A program made the translations under genes and the position numbers. The notes beneath the pieces are model-generated. The model searched no databases. It was not told the origin of the DNA and worked only from the letters and a program-made list of their open reading frames with translations. A DNA stretch of 64,000 bases from an uncultured bacterium (lineage in GTDB: Bacteria; Eisenbacteria; RBG-16-71-46; JABDJR01; JAWXBZ01): the NCBI GenBank assembly GCA_964596775.1, contig CAZQVN010000004.1, forward strand, positions 29,638-93,637, written 5' to 3'. Positions 1 through 9,793 of the stretch are shown one piece after another. How positions within the stretch are numbered: the first letter of the stretch is position 1; the number at the start of each line of letters is the position of its first letter.

Positions 1-307
1 AACGTGAGCAGCGCCAGGACGCCGGTCAGGAGCGCCAGGATGATCTGCGTGACGAACATCAGCTTCCGCCGGTTCAGGGCATCCGCGGCCACGCCGGAAA
101 TGAGCGAGAAGACGATGATCGGCACGACCTTGACCAGGCCGACGAGGCCGAGCGCCAGCCCCTTCTGATCCGGCGGCGCCAGCAGCGACACGTGCCAGAG
201 GATCGCCGCGTTCTGCATGTTCGATCCGGAAAAGGACACGAGCTGGCCGAGCCAGATGAGGCGGAAGTTGCGGTGGCGGAGGGCCTGGACCGGGAACGGG
301 GAACTCA
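1..307 (-). CDS. MFS transporter, N-terminal part; the gene continues beyond the window start
   Basis: Minus-strand translation reads VSSPFPVQALRHRNFRLIWLGQLVSFSGSNMQNAAILWHVSLLAPPDQKGLALGLVGLVKVVPIIVFSLISGVAADALNRRKLMFVTQIILALLTGVLALLT, a typical MFS N-terminus with TM1-TM3 and the D-x-x-x-R-R-K-like loop. No in-frame ATG; the likely GTG start abuts or overlaps the HDAC stop. Confidence 0.5.
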
Positions 308-1303
308 CCGGGGAGGCGGCGCCGCCCCGCCCGGGGAAGGCGGCGGGGTTTGCCCGCCGTCGCTCTCGCGGACCGATCGCCCGCGGCCGCCGCGCGGATG
401 CTGCTCCAGCGCCTCGCGCGCCGCAACCAGCGTGTTCACGTGGATCGTCACCGTGTCGTCCACGTTCACGGCGTAGCCCCCGGCCAGCGTGATCACCGCC
501 GGGATCCCCCGTTCCGCCGCGGCGTCGAGGACGACCCGGTCCCGCGCCTTCAACCCGTCGATCGTGAGGCGGAGGCCGCCGAGCCGGTCCTCACGGTACG
601 GATCGGCGCCGGCCACGTAGGCCACGAGGTCCGGCTTCACGCTGTCCAGCGCCGGCACGTAGGCCTTGCGGAGCTTTTCGAGATACTCCGCGTCCTTGAC
701 GCCGTCCTCGAGGTGCACGTCGAGGTCCGACGGCGGCTTCACCGCCGGGTAGTTCGCCCACTGGTGGATCGACATCGTGTACACGGAGTCGTCCCCGGCG
801 AAGATCGCCGCCGTTCCGTTGCCGTGATGGACGTCGCAGTCGATGACCAGCGCCTTCCTTATAATGTTGTCGCGGATCAGCACCAGCAGAGCCACCGCCA
901 CGTCGTGGATAGCGCAGAACCCCTCGCCATGATCCGGATACGCGTGATGAAACCCGCCGCCGATGTTGTAGGCCATGCCGTCCACGAGCGCGTTGCGCGC
1001 CGCCAGCAGCGATCCCCCCGCCGCCAGCAGGAACCCCCGGATCATCTCCGGCGAAACGGGGATCTCCAGGCGCAGGACGTCGTAGTCGGTCAGCGCGTTG
1101 TTCTTCACCCGCCGCACCCACTCCCGGCCGTGAACGAGGTACAGGTCCTCGTCCGCGATGAGTTCCGGCTTCAGGAAGTCGGCGGGCGCGGCGATCCCGT
1201 CCCGGAGCAGCCGCTCGCGGATGAGCCGGTACTTGACCGACGGGAACACGTGATCGCCGAGGTTCAGGTCGTAGTCGGGGTGATAGATGATCTTGAACGT
1301 CAT
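305..1303 (-). CDS. histone deacetylase-family amidohydrolase (AcuC / acetylpolyamine aminohydrolase-like)
   Basis: ORF 305..1387(-). The conserved HDAC fold starts at MTFKIIYHPDY (internal Met, coordinate 1303). Signature segments are GGGFHHA, the CAIHDVAVALL region, DCDVHHGNGT and the YEGGY-like GGY near the C-terminus. Confidence 0.75.
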   Translation of the reverse strand: MTFKIIYHPDYDLNLGDHVFPSVKYRLIRERLLRDGIAAPADFLKPELIADEDLYLVHGREWVRRVKNNALTDYDVLRLEIPVSPEMIRGFLLAAGGSLLAARNALVDGMAYNIGGGFHHAYPDHGEGFCAIHDVAVALLVLIRDNIIRKALVIDCDVHHGNGTAAIFAGDDSVYTMSIHQWANYPAVKPPSDLDVHLEDGVKDAEYLEKLRKAYVPALDSVKPDLVAYVAGADPYREDRLGGLRLTIDGLKARDRVVLDAAAERGIPAVITLAGGYAVNVDDTVTIHVNTLVAAREALEQHPRGGRGRSVRESDGGQTPPPSPGGAAPPPR

Positions 1304-1608
1304 GCCGGTTGCCCAGGGATCGAGAGTCGTGAAAAGTCGCCCCGCGGAGTGCGCAGAGGGGCACGTCGTCTGGCAAGCAGTCAGCATTCTACACGCTTCC
1401 CCGTCCCCGCGACTCGGGGATCAGCGCGTCGCGGACCTTGACCTCACCGTCGGTCCAGCTTCCGATTCCCTGAACCAGGTGCTGAGTGATGTTGAGGGAA
1501 TGGACGTCGCCGAACTGGGGCGGCGCGTCCGCGAACCGCTTGCCCGTCAGCGCGGGGAAGGGGACGTACTTCGGGCCGCGGCCGAAGCCGGAGAGGCATC
1601 ATGAATTT

Positions 1609-4600
1609 CTAGCGCAGAAGTACGAGTTTGTCCACGTGCCGCCACCCTCCGGATTGAAGCCGGCAGAAGTAGATGCCGGTCCTGGCCCTGACGCCGTTTT
1701 CACTGTTTCCATCCCATTTCAGATTGTGGATGCCCGGGGACAGGTCCAGCCGGCGGTCGATGAGCCGTCGACCCGAGACGTCGAACACCTCGATGGTCAC
1801 CGGGACGGGGCGATCCGTCTCCACAGCAATGACAACGTCCCGGCGGAATGGATTGGGAGTCACGGACAGAACCCGCAACGGCGCGCGGTTCGGGTCACCT
1901 CCCGGCACGGCGCCGAGGATTTGATCGAAATGGAAAGCTCCGATATCCGTCGGAGTGTTGTCGGGGTCGTCGGGTCCCACCCCCGAGTCCACCGCCGGCG
2001 ACGATACGCTTGCGAGATGGAAATCGAGAGTCCCGGGCGCCGGCGCGACGTAGAGCGGGTTTCCGGATAGGTTGTGCGAGAACATCGGCTCACCGGGGAT
2101 TTGGATCGTCGGCGAGAAATTGCCGAGCCCGTTCTGATACCCCAGATTGTAGTCGATGACCGCCGCGGTATTGACTCCGACGGCGTGAATCCCCCATCCG
2201 CTGTTGTTCGACACGATGTTGTTGATCCAGTCGGGTGCGTACGCGCCCGTGCGGCGTCCGTGGATCCCGCCGCCGTGCGGGCCGCCGCTCCCCTGCTGAT
2301 TGCCGTGGATCGTGTTGTTGATGATGTTCACGCCGGAGTCGTCGACGAGGATTCCAGGAGCGACGGATACGGTGTCCCCCGTGTCAAGCATCGACTCCGC
2401 CCCGGTCGCCCTCTGGTGCAGGAAACAGGTGTCTCCGGGAGCCGTGTTGTAGGCCACGACGTTTCGCGTCGCGTCGATCCGGCACTTGCGGCCGAACGAA
2501 ACTCCGCCGCCGACCCACGCGTCGTTTCCGGCAATCAGATTGGAATCGATGTCGCCGACAACGAAGTTCGGAATGTGAATCCCGCCCCCGCGTGATCCGC
2601 AGCTGCGAGCAAGGTTGTCCCGAATGGAGTTCGACGTAATGTCGATCAGCACGCCGTCGGGAACATGGATTCCGCCGGCATGGCTCGAGTCCGCTGCATT
2701 GGAGTTGACTAGGCAGCCCCGCACCACGACATCCGTCCCGGCTGCGAGATAGATCCCCCCACCCTCGTAAAGCGCCAGGTTGTTCGAAATGGTGCTGCCC
2801 ATGACGATCCCGGACCCGCTCGCGGCATCCACGTAACAACCCCCTCCCTTCGCTTCGGAGCGGTTCCCGTCGATCTGCAGGCTGCTCAGCATGACGGACC
2901 GGCTTTCCGAGACGCAGTGGACGCCTCCGCCGGTTCCAAAGGCTCCATTTCCAACGACACTGAGTCCCGTGGCGGTAAGGTCTTCGGTGCTTTGAAGGTA
3001 GGCCCCACCACCCGCCCCACCGGCCGCGTTTCCAAAAAGGCGGATGTCGTACAGCAGGACCGGCACCGCGCTGTTGAAGTACAGCCCGCCGCCATCCCCC
3101 TGGGCGACGTTCAGGTTGAAGTTGTTGTCGTCCAGCACCGGATCACCGTTGGTCACGGACAAACCCCCGCCGTTCCCCACCGCCGAATTCAGGTCGATCC
3201 GGTTGTTTGAAAGTAAAGGCGAGCATCCGGCCTCGACCCGAACGCCACCCCCGTCTCCCAGCGCATAGTTGTTGTTGATGAAGTTGCGGATGATCGAGGG
3301 AGCGGCGCCGCTTTTCACGACGACGCCCGTGTTGCCCAGGATGATCTGGAACCCGGTCAGGATCGTCTCCGCACCCGTCCCGTCGAACGTGACCGAGGGA
3401 TTCACGGGCATGAAGTCTCCGCCGCCCTGGATGGTCGTTTCGCCCAGATCCTGAGTACGGCTCGTCACGGTGATCCCGGAAACGCCTGCGCCGAACAGCA
3501 GATTCTCCAGGTAGGTGCCCGGGGCAACGGAAACGCACACGCCGGGCCGTGACGCGTTGATCGCAGCCTGGATCGAGGCGTAAGTCTCCGGCACGAGGTG
3601 TTTCACGATTGTGTAGGTGAACGGAATCGTGTCCTGGAACGGGCCGACCGTCACGGTCACCGTGACCGGTATCGTCACGGCGCCGGCGCAGTCGGCACCG
3701 GGCGGATGCCACGGCAGGACGACGCGCAACGAGTCCTCGTTCGCGGAACTCCAGACGACCGTCGCCGGCCGGCCACCGAAATCGACGCCGACTGCGGGCC
3801 CGAGCAGCGTTCCGACCAGAAGTACCGTATCCGGAGTGCCGCCGGCAAAGGCGGTGGTGATCCCGCTTGACGGAACAATGGTGTTCACTTCCAGCGTCGG
3901 CGGATTACCGGCGGTCAGGTAAACGCTGCGGATGGTTGGGAGCGCCTGTGGGCTCGTCTGCGATATGACGACCGACGCATGGTGCAGGCCTTCGGGGAGG
4001 GAATTCGCGGCCGCGGACACATGAACCGAGACGAATGCCGTGTCGCCGGCCATTACGATTCCTGAGGTGTCACCCATGACCGTAACCCACGGATCGGTGG
4101 TTGAAACGTCGAAACTGATTGGTGAGGCGCTCGACGTCGTAATCCAGTAAGACCTGGTGGCCGGTGCGAACGGCCCCCCCACCGGACCGGATGAAAGGAA
4201 ATCGCCGGCCTCGGCCTGGAGCGCGGAGGGGGGAACGACATCCACATCAAGAACGAAGTACCTGGCCAAACCTGTCGGCCCCTGGTTCGGCACCGGGTTC
4301 GTCTGCTGAACATCCAGGGGAGTTATGTATCGACCGGGCGTGAGGGCCGCGGCACTTCCCGTCAGGACGGCGGTCACCTGGGCCATACCCCCGGCCGGCA
4401 GGCGTCCGGTCAGGCTGCCCGTAAGGTTCAGCCAGGGGCTGGATTCGCTGATGGCATAGGATGTCGAATCCGTGCCGTTGTTTGTGATCGTGTAGTTGGC
4501 CGACGGTGGAGTGAACGGCCCCCCGGCATAACCCTGGCTGAAGACGGAGTCGACGGGAGTCACCGCCAGATCCAGCACATGGACCGGCGGCGGCGTCACG

Positions 4601-5805
4601 GTGAGACGGATGTAGCGATCCAGGCCCGTCGGCGCGGGGGTGGGGATGGGGTTCGTCTGCTCGAACCGGACCGATCCGACATGGGTCCCGAGGCCAAGGA
4701 TGTTCGCCTCGCTCCCGATCACGGCGGTGACAAACGCCGAGTCCCCCGGGGCAAGGGATCCGGAAGCGGCGCCGGAGACCTGGATCCAGGTCTGCTGCGG
4801 AACGGCTGCAAACGAAACAGAATCCGCCCCGGTATTGAGGATCCGGAACTGGCGTGACCCTGTGAATGGACCGCCGATCGTACCGGAGGTCATCAAGGTG
4901 TCCGCCGGAGTGACGGAGAGTGCCAGGGGTACCGGATCACCGTACTTCTCGACCCAGCCGATGTTGTGCCGGGTCACGTAGACGTTCCGGGAGCCGTCCA
5001 CAACGATTCCGGAGGAACTGGACACGGACCACTGGAACTGATAGGCACCCGACTTCGTGAACGTCTGCACCCGCCCCAGGCTGATGTCGGGAACGTAGAG
5101 AAGACTGTCCGGCCCGAACGCGAGCCGCCGTGCGTTCAGGAACTGGCCGTTTCCGCTTCCGGAACTGCCGAACGACCCAAGAAAAACGCCGGCGCTATCG
5201 TACCGGGCGATCCACGGTACCGACGTTATCATCCAGACACCAAGGTTTTGGTCGACGGCGAAATCCATGGCTCCGCCGGTGGTCGAGATCTCCCTGAGAA
5301 CGACACCGGTGCTGTCCATGAGGAGATAGACGGGTCCGACGGGAGTCACGACGCGATTTGCGCCGACGTGAATGCGGCCCAGCGTGTCGACCGTCAGCCC
5401 GGCGGCGTCGATGGAGTTCCGGCCGGCCGGGAAGGAAATCGTCCGAATGAGCTGGCCGCCGGACGTGTACTTGCGAATCTGGTGGGTTGTCGTGTTCAGA
5501 ACGTAGACGTTGCCGGCTCCGTCCGCAGCCACGTCGTACGCGCTTCCTCCGACACCCCAGGAGGTCACCGGGGCCCCATTGACCGTGTACTTTGCGACGG
5601 CCTGGGCATCCTTATTGGCGACGTACAGATACGACTCTGTCGGGTCGAGAGCCAGACCCGACGGCTCGGCAAGTCCGGTGGCGAGAGTGAACAGGAATGG
5701 CGGCGGCTGGGCGATCCCCTCAGTAGTTGCGGAACTGAGCAGAACGAGAACCAGAGCCGTGATTGAATGGAACAACGAGTGGAATCCGGAATGTCGATCG
5801 GCCAT
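1609..5805 (-). CDS. very large secreted protein: signal peptide, NHL-repeat beta-propeller, multiple Ig-like/repeat modules, right-handed parallel beta-helix repeats, C-terminal FlgD-Ig/T9SS-type sorting domain
   Basis: ORF 1609..5943(-). The signal peptide begins at internal Met (MADRHSGFHSLFHSITALVLVLLSSA, coordinate 5805). NHL-like blades are present (YLYVANKDAQAVAKY, NVYVLNTTTHQIRKY). Long G/N-rich beta-helix turns are present (NNNYALGDGGGVRV, VAQGDGGGLYF). The C-terminus reads NPFRRDVVIAVETDRPVPVTIEVFDVSGRRL...WDG...GIYFCRLQSGGWRHVDKLVLLR, the T9SS/FlgD-Ig signature. Confidence 0.7.
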   Translation of the reverse strand: MADRHSGFHSLFHSITALVLVLLSSATTEGIAQPPPFLFTLATGLAEPSGLALDPTESYLYVANKDAQAVAKYTVNGAPVTSWGVGGSAYDVAADGAGNVYVLNTTTHQIRKYTSGGQLIRTISFPAGRNSIDAAGLTVDTLGRIHVGANRVVTPVGPVYLLMDSTGVVLREISTTGGAMDFAVDQNLGVWMITSVPWIARYDSAGVFLGSFGSSGSGNGQFLNARRLAFGPDSLLYVPDISLGRVQTFTKSGAYQFQWSVSSSSGIVVDGSRNVYVTRHNIGWVEKYGDPVPLALSVTPADTLMTSGTIGGPFTGSRQFRILNTGADSVSFAAVPQQTWIQVSGAASGSLAPGDSAFVTAVIGSEANILGLGTHVGSVRFEQTNPIPTPAPTGLDRYIRLTVTPPPVHVLDLAVTPVDSVFSQGYAGGPFTPPSANYTITNNGTDSTSYAISESSPWLNLTGSLTGRLPAGGMAQVTAVLTGSAAALTPGRYITPLDVQQTNPVPNQGPTGLARYFVLDVDVVPPSALQAEAGDFLSSGPVGGPFAPATRSYWITTSSASPISFDVSTTDPWVTVMGDTSGIVMAGDTAFVSVHVSAAANSLPEGLHHASVVISQTSPQALPTIRSVYLTAGNPPTLEVNTIVPSSGITTAFAGGTPDTVLLVGTLLGPAVGVDFGGRPATVVWSSANEDSLRVVLPWHPPGADCAGAVTIPVTVTVTVGPFQDTIPFTYTIVKHLVPETYASIQAAINASRPGVCVSVAPGTYLENLLFGAGVSGITVTSRTQDLGETTIQGGGDFMPVNPSVTFDGTGAETILTGFQIILGNTGVVVKSGAAPSIIRNFINNNYALGDGGGVRVEAGCSPLLSNNRIDLNSAVGNGGGLSVTNGDPVLDDNNFNLNVAQGDGGGLYFNSAVPVLLYDIRLFGNAAGGAGGGAYLQSTEDLTATGLSVVGNGAFGTGGGVHCVSESRSVMLSSLQIDGNRSEAKGGGCYVDAASGSGIVMGSTISNNLALYEGGGIYLAAGTDVVVRGCLVNSNAADSSHAGGIHVPDGVLIDITSNSIRDNLARSCGSRGGGIHIPNFVVGDIDSNLIAGNDAWVGGGVSFGRKCRIDATRNVVAYNTAPGDTCFLHQRATGAESMLDTGDTVSVAPGILVDDSGVNIINNTIHGNQQGSGGPHGGGIHGRRTGAYAPDWINNIVSNNSGWGIHAVGVNTAAVIDYNLGYQNGLGNFSPTIQIPGEPMFSHNLSGNPLYVAPAPGTLDFHLASVSSPAVDSGVGPDDPDNTPTDIGAFHFDQILGAVPGGDPNRAPLRVLSVTPNPFRRDVVIAVETDRPVPVTIEVFDVSGRRLIDRRLDLSPGIHNLKWDGNSENGVRARTGIYFCRLQSGGWRHVDKLVLLR

Positions 5806-6257
5806 TGCAACCCCCGGAACGAGTGGGACCGGTTCGGGACGATGTCGACAGGTTCGTGCACGCCCCCGTTTGAAACCGGCAGGTTTGTGTTGGGCGCAGG
5901 ACAAACGATCGCCGCGGACCCGCGGCCTTTGCCCGAAATCCATGGCGTCCTGGAACCAGGGAGCGGACAGGGAATTCTAGCACTCGTTCCCCACTTTTCC
6001 ACTCAAGTTTCCATCCCGTCAACGAGGGTTCCCTGGCTTCCGGAGCCGTCAACGGCGTTTCCGCAATCGAATCGTCTACAACGAAATCCGGACGAATCGC
6101 TGCCGAGGCGGGAGCCCGGCCGGAGTCGGAGATCCCGATTCGCTATTGTGATGCGCAGTCCGCCCCCGGTACCCTTCAGAAGCAATCGTGCTTTCGGCGC
6201 CGGGGGTTCGCATGGCGGGTTCACAGGCCGTGTCACACATCGACAGGGGGAAAGAAC

Positions 6258-6947
6258 ATGAGGTTCCGTTCCAACACCTTCGCACTGGCACTGCTCGGGA
6301 TCATCGGCCTCACTGCCTGCGACCGTCAGGCGCAGGAGAATCCGGATGCGCAGAAAGCGCCCGTGGTCATGGGTACCTACGCGGACGACCCGATAAAGCG
6401 CGGCCAGTACATCGTCCGGATCGCAAGCTGCAACGACTGCCACACGCCATGGGTTGTGGACGAGGCGACGCAGGCCCCGCAGATCGACATGACGCGGATG
6501 CTGTCGGGTCACCCCTCCGACGCGCCGGATCCCAAGGGACCGCTCACGCCGGGAGACATGGGAGTCTTCGGGCCGACCTTCACGAGCTTTCTGCTCCCGT
6601 TCGGCACCGTCTACTCGGCGAATCTGACCCCGGACAAGGAGAGCGGACTTGGCAGCTGGACCGAGGAGATGTTCATCAACGCGATGCGCACCGGTCGTCA
6701 CATGGGCGGCAACGGTCGCGGCATCTTCCCGCCGATGCCGTGGCTGTGGGTGCGCAATCTGTCCGACGAGGACATGAAAGCGGTGTGGGCCTACCTCCAG
6801 TCGATACCGCCGGTCTACAACGTGGTCCCGAGCGCCAAGGTGCCTGCGGAACTGGAAGGGCCGCTGCGCGAGGGCGACGAGGCCACGGCGCAGACCCTGC
6901 CGCACGAGGAGTGGGCAACCCGCGGGGCAGCAACGGCGGGGCAGTAG
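6258..6947 (+). CDS. c-type cytochrome lipoprotein (single CxxCH heme site)
   Basis: Lipoprotein signal MRFRSNTFALALLGIIGLTAC, the heme-binding motif CNDCH, and RBS GGGGGAAAG upstream. The overlapping long ORFs on other frames look like high-GC artefacts. Confidence 0.6.
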   Translation: MRFRSNTFALALLGIIGLTACDRQAQENPDAQKAPVVMGTYADDPIKRGQYIVRIASCNDCHTPWVVDEATQAPQIDMTRMLSGHPSDAPDPKGPLTPGDMGVFGPTFTSFLLPFGTVYSANLTPDKESGLGSWTEEMFINAMRTGRHMGGNGRGIFPPMPWLWVRNLSDEDMKAVWAYLQSIPPVYNVVPSAKVPAELEGPLREGDEATAQTLPHEEWATRGAATAGQ

Positions 6948-6950
6948 GAG

Positions 6951-9386
6951 TTACGCCCCCGAGAACGCCGCCCCGAGCAGCGCCGCCTGCTCCAGCGCAT
7001 GCGCCTTCATCGAGCTCGTGGCCGGACTCGCGCTGGTCGACCTCTTCACCGTCCGGAACGGCTTCCCGCCGGCCAGCCGGGACAGCTTCGGCTGCACGAA
7101 GAACAGCGCCCCCATGTTCGCCGGTTCCTCCTGGACCCAGAGGATCTCGCGGGCGTTCTGATGCCGGGCGATCTCCGCCGCGACCTCCGCCTGCGGGAAC
7201 GGGTACAGCTGCTCCAGGAAGACGATGGCCGTTGCGTCCTTCCCCCGCTTCTTCCGCTCGGCGCGCAGCTCGAAGCCCACCTTGCCGGTGCAGAAGATGA
7301 GGCGGTCGCCGGAGGTCACGTCCGGATCCGGAATCACCGGGTGGAACCGCCCCTCGACAAGATCGGCCAGCGGCGACGTGGCCACCGCGGCCCGCAGCAG
7401 GCTCTTCGGCGTCATCACCACGAGCGGCTTCCGCCATTTCCGGAGCGCCTGGCGGCGGAGCAGGTGAAAGATCTGCGCCGCGTTCGTCGGCTGGGCCACC
7501 TGGAAGTTGTCCTCGCCGGCCAGCTGCAGGAAACGCTCGAGGCGCGCGCTGGAATGCTCCGGCCCCTGCCCCTCGTAGCCGTGCGGCAGGAGCAGAACGA
7601 GGCCGGACAGCAGGTTCCACTTGTCCTCGGTGGCGCTCACGAACTGGTCGATGATCACCTGGGCGCCGTTCACGAAATCGCCGAACTGGGCCTCCCAGAG
7701 AACCAGCGCCTCGGGGTAATCGCGGCTGTAGCCGTACTCGAATCCCATCACCGATGCCTCGGAGAGCGACGAGTCGTACACGCGGTACGCCGCCTGGCCT
7801 TCCCCGAGATGATTGAGCGGCGTCCATTCGCTCTCGTCCTCGATGCTGATCAGCACCGACTGGCGGTGGTTGAACGTGCCGCGGCGGCTGTCCTGGCCGG
7901 AGAGCCGGACCGGGATCCCGTCACAGAGAAGGGTTCCGAACGCGAGCGCTTCGGCCATCCCCCAGTCGACCGGCCGCTTGCCGTGCCCCATCTCGCGGCG
8001 CTGTTCCATGCCGCGCCGGACTTTCGGATGGATGGCGAAGCCGTCCGGCCACACGGCGAGCCGGTCGGCGATTTCGGCGATCCGATCGGCCGGCACGGCC
8101 GTGTCCACCTCGAGCTCCGGCTTCCACACACCGCCGGAAAAGCCGGTCCAGTAGGCCGGCAGTTCGCGGAGGACCGGCATCGACTTCATCGCCTTCGCCT
8201 TCGCCTGCTCGGCGTCCAGATCCCCGCGGATCGAGCGGTCGATCTCCTCGGCCTCGCTCCGGGCCACGCCGATCGCGTCCGCGTACGTCTGCCACAGCAG
8301 CGGGTGGTCCGCGATCCTCCGATACAGCACCGGCTGGGTGATCGTCGGATCGTCCACCTCGCTGTGCCCGTGCCGCCGGTAGCCGATCAGGTCCACGACG
8401 ACATCGCTCTCGAACGCGTGGCGGAAATCGAGCGCCATGCGCCCGACCTTGACCACGGCGTCGGGCGCCTCGCCGTTCACGTGGAAGATCGGGATCGGCA
8501 ACCGCCGGGCCACGTCGGACGAAAAGCGCGACGAGTGGAGGTCGCGCGGGGCGGTCGTGAACCCGATGAGGTTGTTCACTATGACGTGCACCGTGCCACC
8601 CACCGTGTAGCCGGGCAGGTCGGCCATGTTCAGCGTTTCCGCGGCGATCCCCTGCCCGGCGAACGCGGCATCGCCGTGGAGGATCACGGTGAGGATCTTC
8701 AGGCGCTGTTCCGGATCGAGGCGGTCCTGCTTGGCCCGGGCCCGCCCCACGGCCACCGGGTACACCGCTTCGAGATGGCTCGGGTTGCTGACGAGATGGA
8801 TGTCGGTCGTTCCGTTCCTCCCCCGGAACGTGCCGGTTGCGCCGAGGTGGTACTTCACGTCGCCGCCGCCGAGAACGCTGCGCGGATCCACATCCTCGAA
8901 CCCGGCGAAAATTTCGGACGCCGCGCGACCCACCGTGTGACGGACCACGTTCAGCCGGCCGCGATGGCTCATCGCCATCAGGACTTTTTCGACTCCCTGG
9001 TCGATCGCCGCCTCGAGAATCTCGTCGAGCAGCGGGATCAGCGCGGTGGCGCCTTCGAGCGAGTAGCGCTTGGCGCCGAGGTAGCGGGTCTGGAGCACCT
9101 GCTCCCAGGTTTCGGCGGCCACGAGGCGTTCGAGGATCCGCCGGCGGTCGAGCGGCGGGACGTCGGCCTCCATCCGCTCGATGAGCCAGTTGCGTCGTTC
9201 CGGAAGGCGGATGTGCATGAACTCGGCACCCACCGGACCGCAGTACACGGCCCGGGCCCGGTCGGCCTCCTCCCCTTCGACATCCAGGTCGGCGTGCGAC
9301 AGGGGCGGCATGCGCCCCAGCGAGTCGAGATCCGCGGCCAGGTAGCCCCAGCGGCGGAAGGAGTTCCAGATGTGTTGTGACGTCAT
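6951..9386 (-). CDS. sucA: 2-oxoglutarate dehydrogenase E1 component (short form, 811 aa)
   Basis: Strong family signatures along the whole length (GDVKYHLG, HGDAAFAGQG, thiamine-diphosphate-fold segments, C-terminal transketolase-like part). No sucB/lpd adjacent. Confidence 0.85.
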   Translation of the reverse strand: MTSQHIWNSFRRWGYLAADLDSLGRMPPLSHADLDVEGEEADRARAVYCGPVGAEFMHIRLPERRNWLIERMEADVPPLDRRRILERLVAAETWEQVLQTRYLGAKRYSLEGATALIPLLDEILEAAIDQGVEKVLMAMSHRGRLNVVRHTVGRAASEIFAGFEDVDPRSVLGGGDVKYHLGATGTFRGRNGTTDIHLVSNPSHLEAVYPVAVGRARAKQDRLDPEQRLKILTVILHGDAAFAGQGIAAETLNMADLPGYTVGGTVHVIVNNLIGFTTAPRDLHSSRFSSDVARRLPIPIFHVNGEAPDAVVKVGRMALDFRHAFESDVVVDLIGYRRHGHSEVDDPTITQPVLYRRIADHPLLWQTYADAIGVARSEAEEIDRSIRGDLDAEQAKAKAMKSMPVLRELPAYWTGFSGGVWKPELEVDTAVPADRIAEIADRLAVWPDGFAIHPKVRRGMEQRREMGHGKRPVDWGMAEALAFGTLLCDGIPVRLSGQDSRRGTFNHRQSVLISIEDESEWTPLNHLGEGQAAYRVYDSSLSEASVMGFEYGYSRDYPEALVLWEAQFGDFVNGAQVIIDQFVSATEDKWNLLSGLVLLLPHGYEGQGPEHSSARLERFLQLAGEDNFQVAQPTNAAQIFHLLRRQALRKWRKPLVVMTPKSLLRAAVATSPLADLVEGRFHPVIPDPDVTSGDRLIFCTGKVGFELRAERKKRGKDATAIVFLEQLYPFPQAEVAAEIARHQNAREILWVQEEPANMGALFFVQPKLSRLAGGKPFRTVKRSTSASPATSSMKAHALEQAALLGAAFSGA

Positions 9387-9793
9387 GGTTGGAGCCGTTC
9401 CGGAAAAGGGTCAATGGAATTGGCCATTGTCCACTGACGGGTCCGGTATTTCAATCGGGGGCGGGATTGTGCTCTTGCGCACCGGGGGCAGGAATTGAAA
9501 TAGCACGGCCAGGGTTACCGGTTGAGCCCCGCGACACCCTGGCCGTAAGGAGCGACAAATGCGAAGTTTCCTCCGCGGTCATCGCGTCAGCTTGCGCCAA
9601 CGAGACAAGCTTAGCATGGGATTCGAGGGATTTGTACAGAGTGTTCTGAATTGACTGCAGCCCCAAACTTGCCCCCCCCCAACAAGTTAGATTTAATTTT
9701 GTCGTATTTGAAGTTATTTCCTTGCTTTCCTACACCTTCGGATCAATGATCCAGACGTTCCTCTTGAGTGGCTGGGCCGAATCCGGAGCTGAT

